This document shows positions 32,548 through 45,666 of a stretch of DNA of 64,000 nucleotides, one piece after another (position 1 is the stretch's first letter; every line of letters starts with the position of its first letter). The notes below the pieces were generated by a model that had not been told where the DNA came from, ran no database searches, and saw only the letters and a list, made by a program, of their open reading frames with translations. Both the position numbers and the translations under genes were made by a program. The DNA is from Salpingoeca rosetta (lineage: Eukaryota > Protista > Choanoflagellata), in NCBI GenBank assembly GCA_033442325.1, contig JAWQFM010000029.1, forward strand, positions 648,847 through 712,846. Direction: 5' to 3'.

Positions 32548-34635
32548 ATGTCTGACCACGGCAAGTTTGCCACGTCTGCGATCCACGCTGGGCAGGAGCC
32601 CGAGAAGTGGAAGTCGTGGGCCGTGTGCCCTCCCATCTCCCTGGCGACGACCTTCAAGCAGCCTGATCCGGGAGTGACCAAGTCTGGCTTCGAGTACTCG
32701 CGCGGCGGCAACCCCACCCGCAACTCGCTCGAGGAGGCCTTTGCCGCCATATGTCATGGCAAGAAGGGTACGTTCATCAGGGCTCATTGGAGGCAGCAAG
32801 GGTGCATGTGACAGTTTGAATCTTGCGCGTGTGTTCGTCCCCCCACCCCCAGCATCTATGTTGTTTGCGAGTGTGTGCGTGTTTTTTCCTGAAATTACAT
32901 ACAACACACATGCCTACTGCGCCATTCACGCTTTGTCTTGGATGCCATGAACATGCCAATTCAAACAGCTCTTGTGTGGGCCTCTGGTCTTGCCGGCACC
33001 AACGCGGTGCTCCAGCTCCTCCGCCCAAATGACCACGTCCTTGCCATTGATGACCTCTACGGCGGTGCGTTCAGCGTGACGCCGTGCACTTGATTCGCTG
33101 CAGCCGCTGCCAATTCTTCCTTTATGTATATGAAAGCTGACAGCCTTTCTCCTGCTTTCTTCACACTGTTCACCCCCATTCTCACGTTGCTGCCGCCAAA
33201 TGTCACACACACACGCACACACGCATGCACTCACTCTTTCAATCCTTACTCTCACAATCACTCAACCCAAACTGTCTCAATCTCTCACGCCCCCTTTCGT
33301 GGCTGCGTGTTTGCATGACTGTTTCGTGTAGGCACCAACCGGTTGTTGCGCCGTCTTGGCGAGCCCATGGGCATCCAGGCCGACTTTGTTCCCACCGCCA
33401 ACGTGGATAAGTTTGCCGACTCCATGAAGCCTAACACCAAGGTCCGGTATCCATTTGCGCCACAGCCAGCACTGCGTGCACACATGCCTGTGCGGCACCC
33501 TTTCTTGTGTTTGTCTATGCTGTTGTTCCGTGTTGTGCTGTCAGCAGTTCACTTCACGACCGCCACCAAATCGCACCAAGCCACACATGTATGTTCCTTT
33601 GCCTCGCGCATAAACTCACCTTTCGTGTCTGCCAACGTGATTCGTGTCTTTCCACATTTTTCCCAACCACCACAACCACCAACTGATACCACGTGTGCAG
33701 CTTGTGTGGATTGAGTCGCCAACCAACCCGCTGCTGCAGATCACGGACATCCGCGCGGTTGTGAAGCAGGTCAAGGCGAAGAACAAGGACTGCATCATCG
33801 TTGTCGACAACACGTTCATGTCGGCATACTTCCAGCGCCCGCTTGACCTCGGCGCTGACATTGAGTTTGCCTCTGTCACCAAGTACTACAACGGCCACTC
33901 TGACGTGCTCATGGGTGTGACCATCACCAACAACGCCGACCTGGCCGAGCGGCTGCAGTTTATCCAGTTTGCTGCGGGTGCCGTGCCGGGCCCCTTTGAC
34001 TGCTACCTGGTCAACCGTGGCCTCAAGACGCTGCACGTGCGCATGGCTGCACACGCCAAGAACGCCATCCGCGTTGCCCGCTACCTCGAGGCACACCCGA
34101 AGGTGGCGTGACCTGGACGTGGTGTGGGGAATGGACAGTGGAGGGGAAGAGGGGGGAGTGGGAAAGGGGGGAGGAGGGAAGAAGATCAAGGGTGGGGGAT
34201 AGAGGGCGAGCGGTGGTTGTGTGCACATGTGTTGTGTCATGTCGTGTCGTGGGCTGTCACGTGCAGTTGGGGTGGGGGAGGGGGAGTGGGGGTTCACGTG
34301 GTCACAAAGACGCATCTGTGCGCCCATTCTCACCGACAGCCACCACGGTGCCCACGCTGCCATGTATGTGTCGCGTGCACAGGTGCGGCAAGTGATCTAC
34401 CCTGGCCTTGAGTCGCACCCTGGGCACGAGATTGCCAAACGCCAGTGCCACGGCTTCAGCGGCATGGTCACCTTCCGCATCCGCGGTGACATTGAGGCCT
34501 CCCGCACCTTCCTCAAGTCCATCAAGGTGGGTGTCTCGTGCGTGTGTGTATGCCTGTGTGTGTATGCCTGTGTGTGTGTGTGTGCATACGTACGTGGTGC
34601 TACGGTTGCTCGCTTGCTTCGATTCTTCGTTACAA

Positions 34636-34666
<31 letters not shown>

Positions 34667-35003
34667 AACACCAACTCGCACTGACACGTTAACTCCCACC
34701 ACTGACACGTTAACTCCCACCGCCGCCGCCGCCGGCACCACCACCACCCTTCCGGTGTCCTTTTCACATGTATGCGCAGGTGTTCACGCTCGCGGAGAGC
34801 CTTGGCGCCGTGGAGTCGCTGGCTGAGCTGCCGTGCATCATGACGCACGCGTCTGTCCCCGCTGAGCAGCGTGCCCAGCTCGGCATCACGGACGACCTGA
34901 TTCGGCTCTCGGTCGGCATTGAGGACATTGAGGATCTCATCACCGACCTGCAGCAGGCCCTCAATGCTGCCGTGCGTACTGCCTTTCAGTCGCGGCGGTG
35001 GTG

Positions 35004-35071
<68 letters not shown>

Positions 35072-35374
35072 AAGAGAGGGAGACAGTGTGTGATTGTGAG
35101 TGAGTGCGTGTACATCCCTTTTCAGCCCCTCTTCCTCACCCCCACCATCACCCTTTAGGTCCCGGGCTACGAGGCGACGCCTGCTGTTGGCGAGTTCATC
35201 ACCGAGGACGCTGCCAAGACGAGCGCTGTGTCGAAGCAGCCCGCGACCACCGCCGCCCCGGGCAACGTACGCGCTTCTTGGGCAGGGGTGGGAGATGGAA
35301 TAGGTGGTGGCGGGAAGTGGGAAGCTTGTTGTGGAAGATGCAACCTGTGTATGCGTATGGGTATGTGTGGGCGG

Positions 35375-35405
<31 letters not shown>

Positions 35406-35635
35406 CGAACTATCGACAACGCTACCCCTCAGTGATTCACGTTACACATGTTGTATTGACATCCACACTGCCTCCTCGTGTGCCGTGTTCGACAGATGAC
35501 GCCACGCACGCCCAAGGTCAACTCTGTTTCCTCTGGTGTTGCCACGCCAACGCGCAGTGCTGCTGGCTACAACGCCCCAACCACCTCTCGGTAGGTCGTG
35601 ACTCAGGCAGGGGAGGGGAGGCTGTGGTATTTGCT

Positions 35636-35707
<72 letters not shown>

Positions 35708-35863
35708 CTTGCATGACCAATACCCGCACGACCAACGCTGCTCACTGAACTTCCCCCCCCCCCCTTCCTGCATAGCCTGGCTGAGTCACCTGCGCGCTAC
35801 GAGGGCTCCCGCCCCCCTTCGCGCCACCCGCCTGGCGGCCAGTCCACCATCACTTTTGGCTAA
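32548..35863 (+). CDS. CTH: Cystathionine gamma-lyase with a ~95-aa C-terminal extension
   Basis: Motifs FATSAIHAGQEP, PPISLATTFKQ, EYSRGGNPTR, DDLYGG, VWIESPTNP, VVDNTF, PLP-lysine SVTKYYNGHSD, YPGLESHP, LAESLGAVESL and LIRLSVGIED. Three extra in-phase exons follow: 35159-35266, 35496-35590 and 35776-35863. Confidence 0.95.
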
Positions 35864-36460
35864 GCAATGTAGCCCTTGCTGGCACGCGTGATGTGACCTG
35901 ACCTGACGACCCACACAAGGTGTTTTCTCTCTCTCTCCCACACCCATCCCTTTTGGTTTGATTCGCCCTGTTCCTCTCTCTCTCTCTCTCGCTGTTGTGG
36001 CGATCATGTGGAGACACAACACAAGCTGATACGATACACCACGCTTGTCACGTCACCCTTTGCCATACGCCCACCCACAATGAAGCTCGCAAGCAAAGCA
36101 ACACGGCAAGTGTATCAAGATGTCGTGCGTGGATGGATGGTGGAGAGTCAAGCAAACACAAACAAGTCGGGTGTGCGAATGTTGTTGCTTATCATGCGTC
36201 AATTTTCTACACTCGCTGTCACGTGGGCAAAAGCAGCAGCACGAGGTGACTGAACCAGCACGCTGTGCACCTTGACTTGCTCCCATCGCTTGCACCATCG
36301 CTTGCACCATGGCTTGCACCTTGATTCACCTGCTTTGTATCTTCTTCTTCGCCCGCGCACAACACACGCACACACACTCTCTCTTCCTCTGGCAACTAAC
36401 CCCGCTTTGTCAATCACCTTCGTGTGGTCTTGCTGTCCCCAGAACAGCAAACCACTCACC

Positions 36461-37458
36461 ATGGAGGCTCCGTTCGAGCGCATCATCACACCAGCCGAGA
36501 GGCTGAAGATGAAGGAGAAAATGCAGATTGTGAGTGCATGCGCCATTGCATTGTACTTGCACATGCCCTTTGCACCTCATCAAACACAGCACTAGTGCAC
36601 GTACAAACACAAGTACACGCACAAACACTGTTGCACACGCGCACGCACATAGACATGCACAAGCGCGCAACCATACACACACACACGCACATTCACATCC
36701 ACACTCGCATACACGTGATTTGATCCCCTCTGACCATGGTTTCCCTTGTCTTCATGCACGCAGGATTTGAGGGACATCACGCGTGCACATGTGGAGTCCT
36801 TCAACGAGTTTATCAGCCACAACCTCCCGCTTGCGGTGGAGGACTTGGAGCCCGTCATGTTCGATGTGAACGACCAGACGGTCACCACGCGCATCGTGGG
36901 CTGCTCGATTGGCGCCCCAAGCCTCAACAGCAGAGTCGTTTCTGCACAAACAGACATCACCCCGGCAGAGTGCCGCCAGTGCCACGTCTCCTACAAGGGC
37001 AACATTACTCTCGAAATCGAAATCAAGTAGGATGCACGCGCATGCACATGTGTGTGTGTGTGTAAGTCCACCAGGCTGCAGGTCTGATGGGAAAAGCATG
37101 TTCTCACTGTCATGTCACCTCGTGCATCATCATTCATGTTTGGTTGAACCAGCGTCAACGGGCACGTGACGACCGTGCCGCGGTACGTTGGCCAGGCGCC
37201 CATCATGGTCATGTCTGACAAGTGCATTCTGTCCAAGCTCACCACAGCCCAGAAGATTGCAAAGCAAGAAGAAGCAAGGGTACGTGTGTGTGTGTGTGTG
37301 CCTGACCGTGTTGTGTGTGTGTTGTGTGCATGAATGATGACTTGTACCGTGCGCATACGTGTGCCCATGTGCGTGTGTGTGTATGTATGCGTCCGTATGT
37401 CTTTGCCATGTTGTGTGCGACGTTGGGTCTCCTCGCTAGCACTGCCTTGTGGTGACCC

Positions 37459-37490
<32 letters not shown>

Positions 37491-37586
37491 GAGTTCGGTG
37501 GTTACTTTATCATCAACGGTAACGAAAAGGTCATCCGCATGCTCATGATGGCACGGCGCAACCACGTACGTGCATGCAGCGACTGA

Positions 37587-37663
<77 letters not shown>

Positions 37664-40600
37664 CACCAATCATCACAGCACTTTCATGCTGCCACTCATT
37701 TTCACACACGACCACAACGACGACGACGACGACGACCACCACCACCATCATCACCACCATCACCATCACCATCACCATCACCATCACCATCACCATCACC
37801 CTCTGCGCAGCCGATGGCACTGATCCGGCCCTCGTTTATGAACCGCGGATTCAAGTACACGGAGTACGGTGTGCAGATCAGATGCGTGCGCCCCGACGAG
37901 ACGTCACAGGTCAGCAGCGTGCACAGCCGTTGCGCCCGCTGGTCGCTGCCGCAATGCTTGTGTTGTGTATGCGTGCGTGTGTGTGTGTGTGCGTGTGTGT
38001 GTGTGTGTGTTTGGCAAGTTGCCGCAGAAGTGGCATGGTGTTGAAGTTGGTCGGTATTAACAATGCGGTGTTCGTCTCGCTCGGTACCGCACAATACCGG
38101 GTCATGCATCCACACCACGCAACTCACCGACCGCCTCCAAACCACATCACGCAACTCACCGACCGCCTCCAAACCACACCACCACCCTCCACTGACCATT
38201 TACGGCGACCAGCGGCTTGTGCTGCATCTGATTGAGGGCGGGCGGTGCACGCTCGGATTCTCCATCCGCAAGCGCCAGTACCTCATCCCAGCCATCCTCC
38301 TGCTCAGGGTATGTCAAGCATCATGCACGGCACGTTACGCGTTCATTGCACACGCACATGGAGTTGATTGTTTCACAGTACACAGCTATCCTGCCGTGCG
38401 TGCTCGTGAGTGTATGTGTGTGTGGGTGATTGCTCTCCTTCACATCTTGTGATTGCGTACATGTGCTTGTTATGCTGCACGTTTGTTCACGCATCTCGTG
38501 CCATTTGCGATCATCCCGGTGGTGGCTGGCTGCGCCATCAGGCGTTGAAGGACGTGACGGAACGCGACATCTACGAGGCGATTGTGGAGTCGGACCCAAC
38601 GGACTCAACGCTGAAGGAGCACGTCAAGGCCATGCTCAAGTAACGCGCAACAATGCAACAGCCCGTGTGAATGTTGATGTGTATGTATGCGTATGTGTGT
38701 ATGTGTGAGAGACATTGTGTGTATATTGTGGTGTGTATGTGTGAGAGACATTGTGTGTATATTGTGGTGTGTATGCGTGTGAGGAATTATGTATATTTGG
38801 TGTGTGTGTGTGTGTGTGTTTGATGCCGGGATACCCGCCCGAGGTTGCCAGCTGCACCATGCCAAGAATCACGTGCTTCCGCCACTCACACGTCCCCACA
38901 CGTCCTCCCTGCTTTCAAACCCCCCTCCCCTCTCCCCCACGCCTCTTTTATCCCTTCTTCTCCCTTCTTCCTTCGCCACTGCCACCACCGTGGCTACTGC
39001 AGCGCTGCGCCGGACAACACGTACAGCCAGCACACGAGCCTGGAGTACCTTGGGGCAATGTTCCGCATTGAGCTGGGTATGCACCCGTCCATCAGCAACA
39101 TTGAGGCCGCTCGCCACCTCCTCAAGCAGTACATCTTTGTCCACATTCCCCAGCACGACTACACGGTGCGTGCATATAGGGGGCAAGGGAAGAAGACAGG
39201 AGGGGGGAGCTGGGAAGACAGTGCGGCGATTCTATATCGTGGCGTATCGTGTGTTTCGCGCCCTTTCGTGAATGTGAATGCACGTGCAGTTGTGTGCATG
39301 CATATTACACACCGTGTATCCGTGTTTTTGTGAGCGCATAAACACACACATCGCGCCCCAACCCACCCCTTCTAATACGCTCGTGCAACCGCCAATCCCC
39401 CTCCCCTCCTCCTCCTCCTCCTCCTCCCTTCCACAGGCGAAGTACGACCTGCTGATTGCGATGATCCGGCGACTGTATGCGCTCAAGTCTGGTCGCGTGC
39501 GCGCCGACAACCCCGACTCTCCCATGAACCAGGAGGTTCTCCAGGCAGGCCAGATCTACGGCGCTCTGCTCAAGGTGCGCCTTGCTGCGACACGTGGCGT
39601 GCGGAAACGTGGGCCATGTGGTGGGGCGGAGTGGCCGTGGGGTGCTGTTGGTGAGAGGGTCACAGGGTTACATCGTGTGCTGGGGTTGAGCATGCATGTG
39701 TGGCGCCCGAGCGTGCATTGTATGTGAGTAACATGGTTGTGCGACGAAGCGTTTTCTGTGATGCAATAGCCCTCGTCCTTTTGCATGCTCGCTCACTCAC
39801 TCACACACGCGCAAACGCATACGCTCACACAACCGCGCACAACGAATACCGACACACACGTGGATGCATGGCCCACAGGAGCAAATGCAGGAGTATCTGC
39901 TTGCGATGAAGCGGTTTATCACAATGCAGGTGAACATGGGCCGCGAGGTGGACGTCGGCGACCAGTCGTACTTCAGAAACAGGGTACGTCATGGCGCAGC
40001 GCACGCGCACTTGTGTGTTTTCATGCGCGTGTTGCTGCTGTCTCGTCTCTGGCTTTTCCTCGTGAAGGTTGTTTACCAGAACAATACATGTACATACACA
40101 CACGCGCACAATCACAATCACACGCACACATACACACACGTATACACACGCACAAACCATTGCCTCTGACCACACTGCGCGTGCAGGTGTTCCCGACAAT
40201 GCCCGACATAGGCAAGGCGCTCGACTACTTCCTCGCCACGGGCAACTTGAAGTCCACGACGGGCCTCGACCAGATGCAGGCGGCCGGCTTTGCGATTGTT
40301 GCCGACAAGCTCAACATTCTCCGCTACATGTCGCACTTTCGCTGCGTGCATCGTGGTGCATACTTTGCTGAGATGAAGACCACGGCCGTTCGCAAACTCC
40401 TCCCAGAGGCCTGGGGTCAGTTGACTTGCGCCTGCAGGAGGGAGAGGAAAGGAAGGGAGCATGACTCTTTGTTTCACTTTGGTTTGATTGGTTTAATTGT
40501 GTGTATCTGGCAACTTTTGGTTTCGTGTGGGTGGGTGTGATTGGCTGTTTGGATTTGTTCGTGGCTCGGCTGCTAGGACTAAGCCTTCAGCTTCCCCTTT

Positions 40601-40791
40601 TCTCGTCGTTTCACCCTCCTCCTCCTACACCACCCATCACTGCGCCTTGCAGGCTTCATCTGCCCCGTGCACACCCCCGATGGCGCGCCCTGTGGTCTCC
40701 TTAACCATCTCACCCGCCACTGCACCCCGCAGAGCAAGGCCGTCAGCCCAGCGGTCATCAAGTCAGTTTCTGTGTCTACATGTGTGTTGTG

Positions 40792-40823
<32 letters not shown>

Positions 40824-41968
40824 TGCGTGCATGTGTGCGTGTTGTGTTGTGTTGTGTTGTGTTGTGTTGTGTTGTGTGTTTGTGCTGCGTGCCCTTGGCA
40901 TATTGCATCTTGTTGTCCTGCGTGCGCTTGGTTGAATTGTATCTTATGTGTTTTTTTTTTCGGCACATTGCGCTCACACCCGTCTCAAACCATTACGCTT
41001 CACACAACAACAAAACAATATCCACCTCTCCGGCATGTCTGTTGTGCACAGGCAATTGCGGCAAGTGGTGCACTCGCTCGGGGTGCAGGAGGTTGGCATG
41101 CATCGCATCGAACCGCCCGTGCTCGACGTGTTCCTCGACGGCGTTGTTGTCGGTGTGGCCAATGTCAAGACGATTGAGGCTGTCGCCCTCAAGCTGCGCG
41201 AGTACAAGGTGCTTGGCCTGCACAATGTTCCGGAGGTGCTGGAGATTGCATTCATCCCGCCTGCGGAGGGCGGCGTCTACCCAGGTGATGACCATGATCA
41301 TGGTGGTGGTGGTGGTGACGATTGTTAATGGCTTCACATTGTGTTGGTTGCAGTGGTCGTGGTGATGGCTGTGTTGCGCTGGCGGTGGTGGTTGTGATGG
41401 CTTTGTTCTGGTAGTCGTGGTGGTGATAGAGCACGCATGTTAGTACATACACGTTGCAGTGCTTTTCGACATGTTGCTGCTCTCTCGGGAACATCGTGTT
41501 CGCTTGGCTTCACCACTGGTCATCATCAACCACACCAAACACGCCACCACTCATCCCCACGTCCACCCACAATCACCCCACTCCACCGAACACATCTACG
41601 ACCGATCACACTCCGCGCGTGGCCATTTGGCGCGGTAGGCCTGTATCTGTTTACGACACCGACACGCATGCTACGGCCTGTGCTGCACCTTGGCACGAAC
41701 AAGCGGGAGCTCATCAGCTCGCTGGAGCAGGTGTACCTCGACATTGGCGTCGACATTGCAGAGTGCCACCGCAACCACGAGAAGTTTGGCATCAACTACA
41801 CGCACATGGAGATTAGCAAGCACGGCATGCTCAGCGTCGTGTCAAGCTTCACCCCATTCTCGGGTGCGTACAACTGGCAGCGATGGTGTGTGTGTATGTG
41901 TGGGTGTGTGTTGTGTATGTGTGGGTGTGTTGTGTGTGTGTGTGTGCGTGCGTGCGTGTGTTTGTGTG

Positions 41969-42008
<40 letters not shown>

Positions 42009-42515
42009 TGTCCTCCTCCTCCTCCTCCTTCTCACACGGTGCCTCCTCATGTCACTGCCTTGTTGGCTTCGCATTGGCAGACTTCAACCAGAGTCCGCGT
42101 AACATGTACCAGTGCCAGATGGGTAAGCAGACCATGGGCATTCCCTCACAGGCCATCCCGTACCGCGCGGACAACAAACTCTACGTCCTCAACAGCGGGC
42201 AGGTGTGTGTGTGTGTGTGTGTGTGTATTCTTGGCCTCTCGATATCGTTTCCGAACGAGGGACTCCTGGCGTTGTTGAGTCCTGTTTTTGACTTGCGTTG
42301 AGAACCTTGGCACCCATACCCCTCACCCTCGCAACAACAACTTCCAACCCCACATCAACTCTGCCTTGTATGTTCATTGCCGCGCCAGACGCCTGTTGTG
42401 CATCCGCGCGCGTACAACGAGTACAACCTCGACGACTACCCTCTCGGCAACAACGCCGTCGTCTGCGTCATTGCTTACACCGTACGCCTTATTACGCCTG
42501 TGTTACCGTTGCCGT

Positions 42516-42585
<70 letters not shown>

Positions 42586-42848
42586 CGTGTGCACGTGCAC
42601 GTGCTTGCATCTCTTCTCCCTCTGCTTTCCCATCCCCCTTCCTCTGCTGTGCTTCTCACGATTGCATTTTCCGCCACACCATCGCCACCGCACCCCATCT
42701 CCTTTGACGTTGTCCAGGGCTACGATATGGAAGATGCAATGATCATCAACAAGGGCTCCATCGACCGCGGATTCATGCACGCGCGCGTCCTCAAGACGGA
42801 GATTGTTGATCTCGTCGACCGCAGCGGCGTCTCAAAAGCCTTTGGTGC

Positions 42849-42933
<85 letters not shown>

Positions 42934-43031
42934 ATGGCAGGTCGAGCGCCTACCCCTTGAGCCGCCCTGTCGCAACACTCCACATCGGCTCACCATCACC
43001 GCAACCCTCCATTGGTTCACCCCCTCTACCC

Positions 43032-43125
<94 letters not shown>

Positions 43126-43778
43126 CTTTGCCTCTGCCATCAAACAGGCCTGCTGCCACGGCACCGTGCGGAGAACAGTGACTTTCTTGACGACGATGGC
43201 CTTCCACGCGTTGGCATCATGGTTGAGAAGGGTGATCCGTTTTATGCTGTCGTCGACGAGGAGCAGTCGAACCACATCCACAGATACAAGGGCGAGCCAG
43301 CGCGCATCGAGAGCGTACGTTGCTGTCGCCTGTAGTGTCCTTTATTGTGTGTTGTGTGTATTTGGTTGCTGCTGCTGTAACTTCTTTCGACTCGCTGTCC
43401 AAGTAATGTGATGTTGCTGTCCCGTTCTATGTCTCCATGCCTCACATGTGTACATTCTCCAACACCCCTTCGTGCCCGCCCCCAAAACCCCTTTCGTGCC
43501 CGCCCCTCTTCCCTTGGCATGTTCAGGTGCGCCTGCTGCTTGCGTCGGACACGTCCACGAAGCGCGAGGTGCAACGTATCGCCATCACGGTGTCTGTGAA
43601 CCGAAACCCGATTATTGGCGACAAGTTTGCCTCCAGGCACGGTCAGAAGGGCATTCTCTCCCAGGTGCGCATGGTGGTGGTGTGGCGAGGTGATGGTGTG
43701 GTGCATTCCACATGCGCTGCAGCGATGCAGGCGTTTGTAACTGAGACACCTGAGAAAGGGGGAGGGCAACGGAGATGG

Positions 43779-43810
<32 letters not shown>

Positions 43811-44167
43811 ATGCACGAGACACGCACACTATTCGCGACTGCTCTCGCAAATGCGGCTCTTTGACATGTGCTCACACCTTCGCCCTCCACTGCCGTTGCC
43901 ATTCTGTCATCATCCTCACCACCACAACCACTACCGCCACAATCACAACCACCTGTTCCCCCCCCCCTTGCGTGACCCTCATGTGTGCAGATGCTGCCGT
44001 CCGAGGACATGCCATTCACGGAGTCTGGCATCACTCCCGACATCATCTTCAACCCGCACGGTTTCCCCTCGCGTATGACCATTGGCATGCTCATTGAGAG
44101 CATGGCGGGCAAGGCCGGCTGTCTCCACGAGCGCTTCTACGACTCAACCCCGTTCCAGTTTGACGAG

Positions 44168-44199
<32 letters not shown>

Positions 44200-44439
44200 G
44201 TGTGTGTGATGGTGATGGTGATGGTGATGGTAGTGGCTCCCGTGCACCGCATGTCTTACTGTATCCGTTCACCCGAGTCCACTGTCCTGTGCCGCCGTGC
44301 CCCAGGACGACACGGCTGTTGAGTTCTTTGGGGAGGAGCTGCGCAAGGCCGGATACAACTACTTTGGGCACGAGCGCATGTACTCGGGCATCACCGGCGA
44401 GGAGCTGGAGGTCGACGTCTTCATCGGTACGCAGCAGGC

Positions 44440-44492
<53 letters not shown>

Positions 44493-45311
44493 ACGCACAC
44501 GCACACACACGCACACACGCACACGCACACAGCAAACAGCCTGCCAATCAAACAACCAACAAAACGACAACGATCAAACAAACACGAGTGAACCAGAGCG
44601 CATTCAACTGACTGCGCCGTTTTTTTCTTCCTCTTTTGCTTGCAGGCAATGTGTTCTACCAGAGGCTGCGTCACATGGTCTCTGACAAGTACCAGGTGCG
44701 CGCGACAGGCCCCGTTGACTCACGCACGCGCCAGCCCATCAAGGGCCGCAAGCGCCACGGTGGTGTCCGCTTTGGTGAAATGGAACGCGATGCACTCATT
44801 GCGCACGGAACCGCGTTCCTCCTCCAAGACAGGCTCCTTCGCTGCTCAGACGACAGCGAGGTAACGCGTTGCGCTGCTGTTGTAGTCTGTTTCACGGACT
44901 GTGTTGTGGTTGCCCTGTGCTGCGTTCTTTTTGTCATCTGTCACTCTACATGCAGTTTTCCTGCCCTCCCGCTCTCTTCCCCACTTCTTGCGATACTCCC
45001 CGCTCACCACCGCCCCCCCCCCCTCCTCCACCAACATCACCACCACCCCCCCCCCTCTCTCTCTCCCAACATCACCACCACTATCATATCCTGTGCTGGC
45101 ATGTCAGGCGACTGTGTGCAAGTCGTGTGGCGGCGTGCTGTCCACAACCTCCATTGCCCAGTCGGCAGCATCTCGCATTCGCAAGGACGTGTGCTTGAGC
45201 TGCAAGGACAGCAAGGTCGTCAAGGTGCGCCTGCCGTACGTCTTCCGCTACCTTGGCGCCGAGCTTGCAGGCATGAACATCAACATGAGTCTGGATGTGT
45301 CGGAGATCTGA
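36461..45311 (+). CDS. POLR1B: DNA-directed RNA polymerase I second-largest subunit (RPA2/RPA135), many exons
   Basis: Motifs [155 protein letters not shown] and C-terminal CxxC...CxxC. Confidence 0.97.
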
Positions 45312-45351
45312 AGCTGACTCTAGAGCACCGTGTTGTTGGCACGATACAAGT

Positions 45352-45389
<38 letters not shown>

Positions 45390-45596
45390 TTGATTCGTTT
45401 TGGTTTTGTTGTGCGGGACAGCCCAATCAAAGAAGAAGTAAACAAGCAAGCAAGCAAGAGCACACCACAACAGAACAGGACACGTGGATGTAGTCACAAG
45501 GCAAGAAGCTGCGGTGCATTGCAAGCAGGCAAGGGTGGACAACAGGTATCACGCAGGCAAGCACCAAACCATGCGGTGGCGCGGTTCCACCAACAT

Positions 45597-45649
<53 letters not shown>

Positions 45650-45666
45650 TGCAGCCAAGCGCATAC

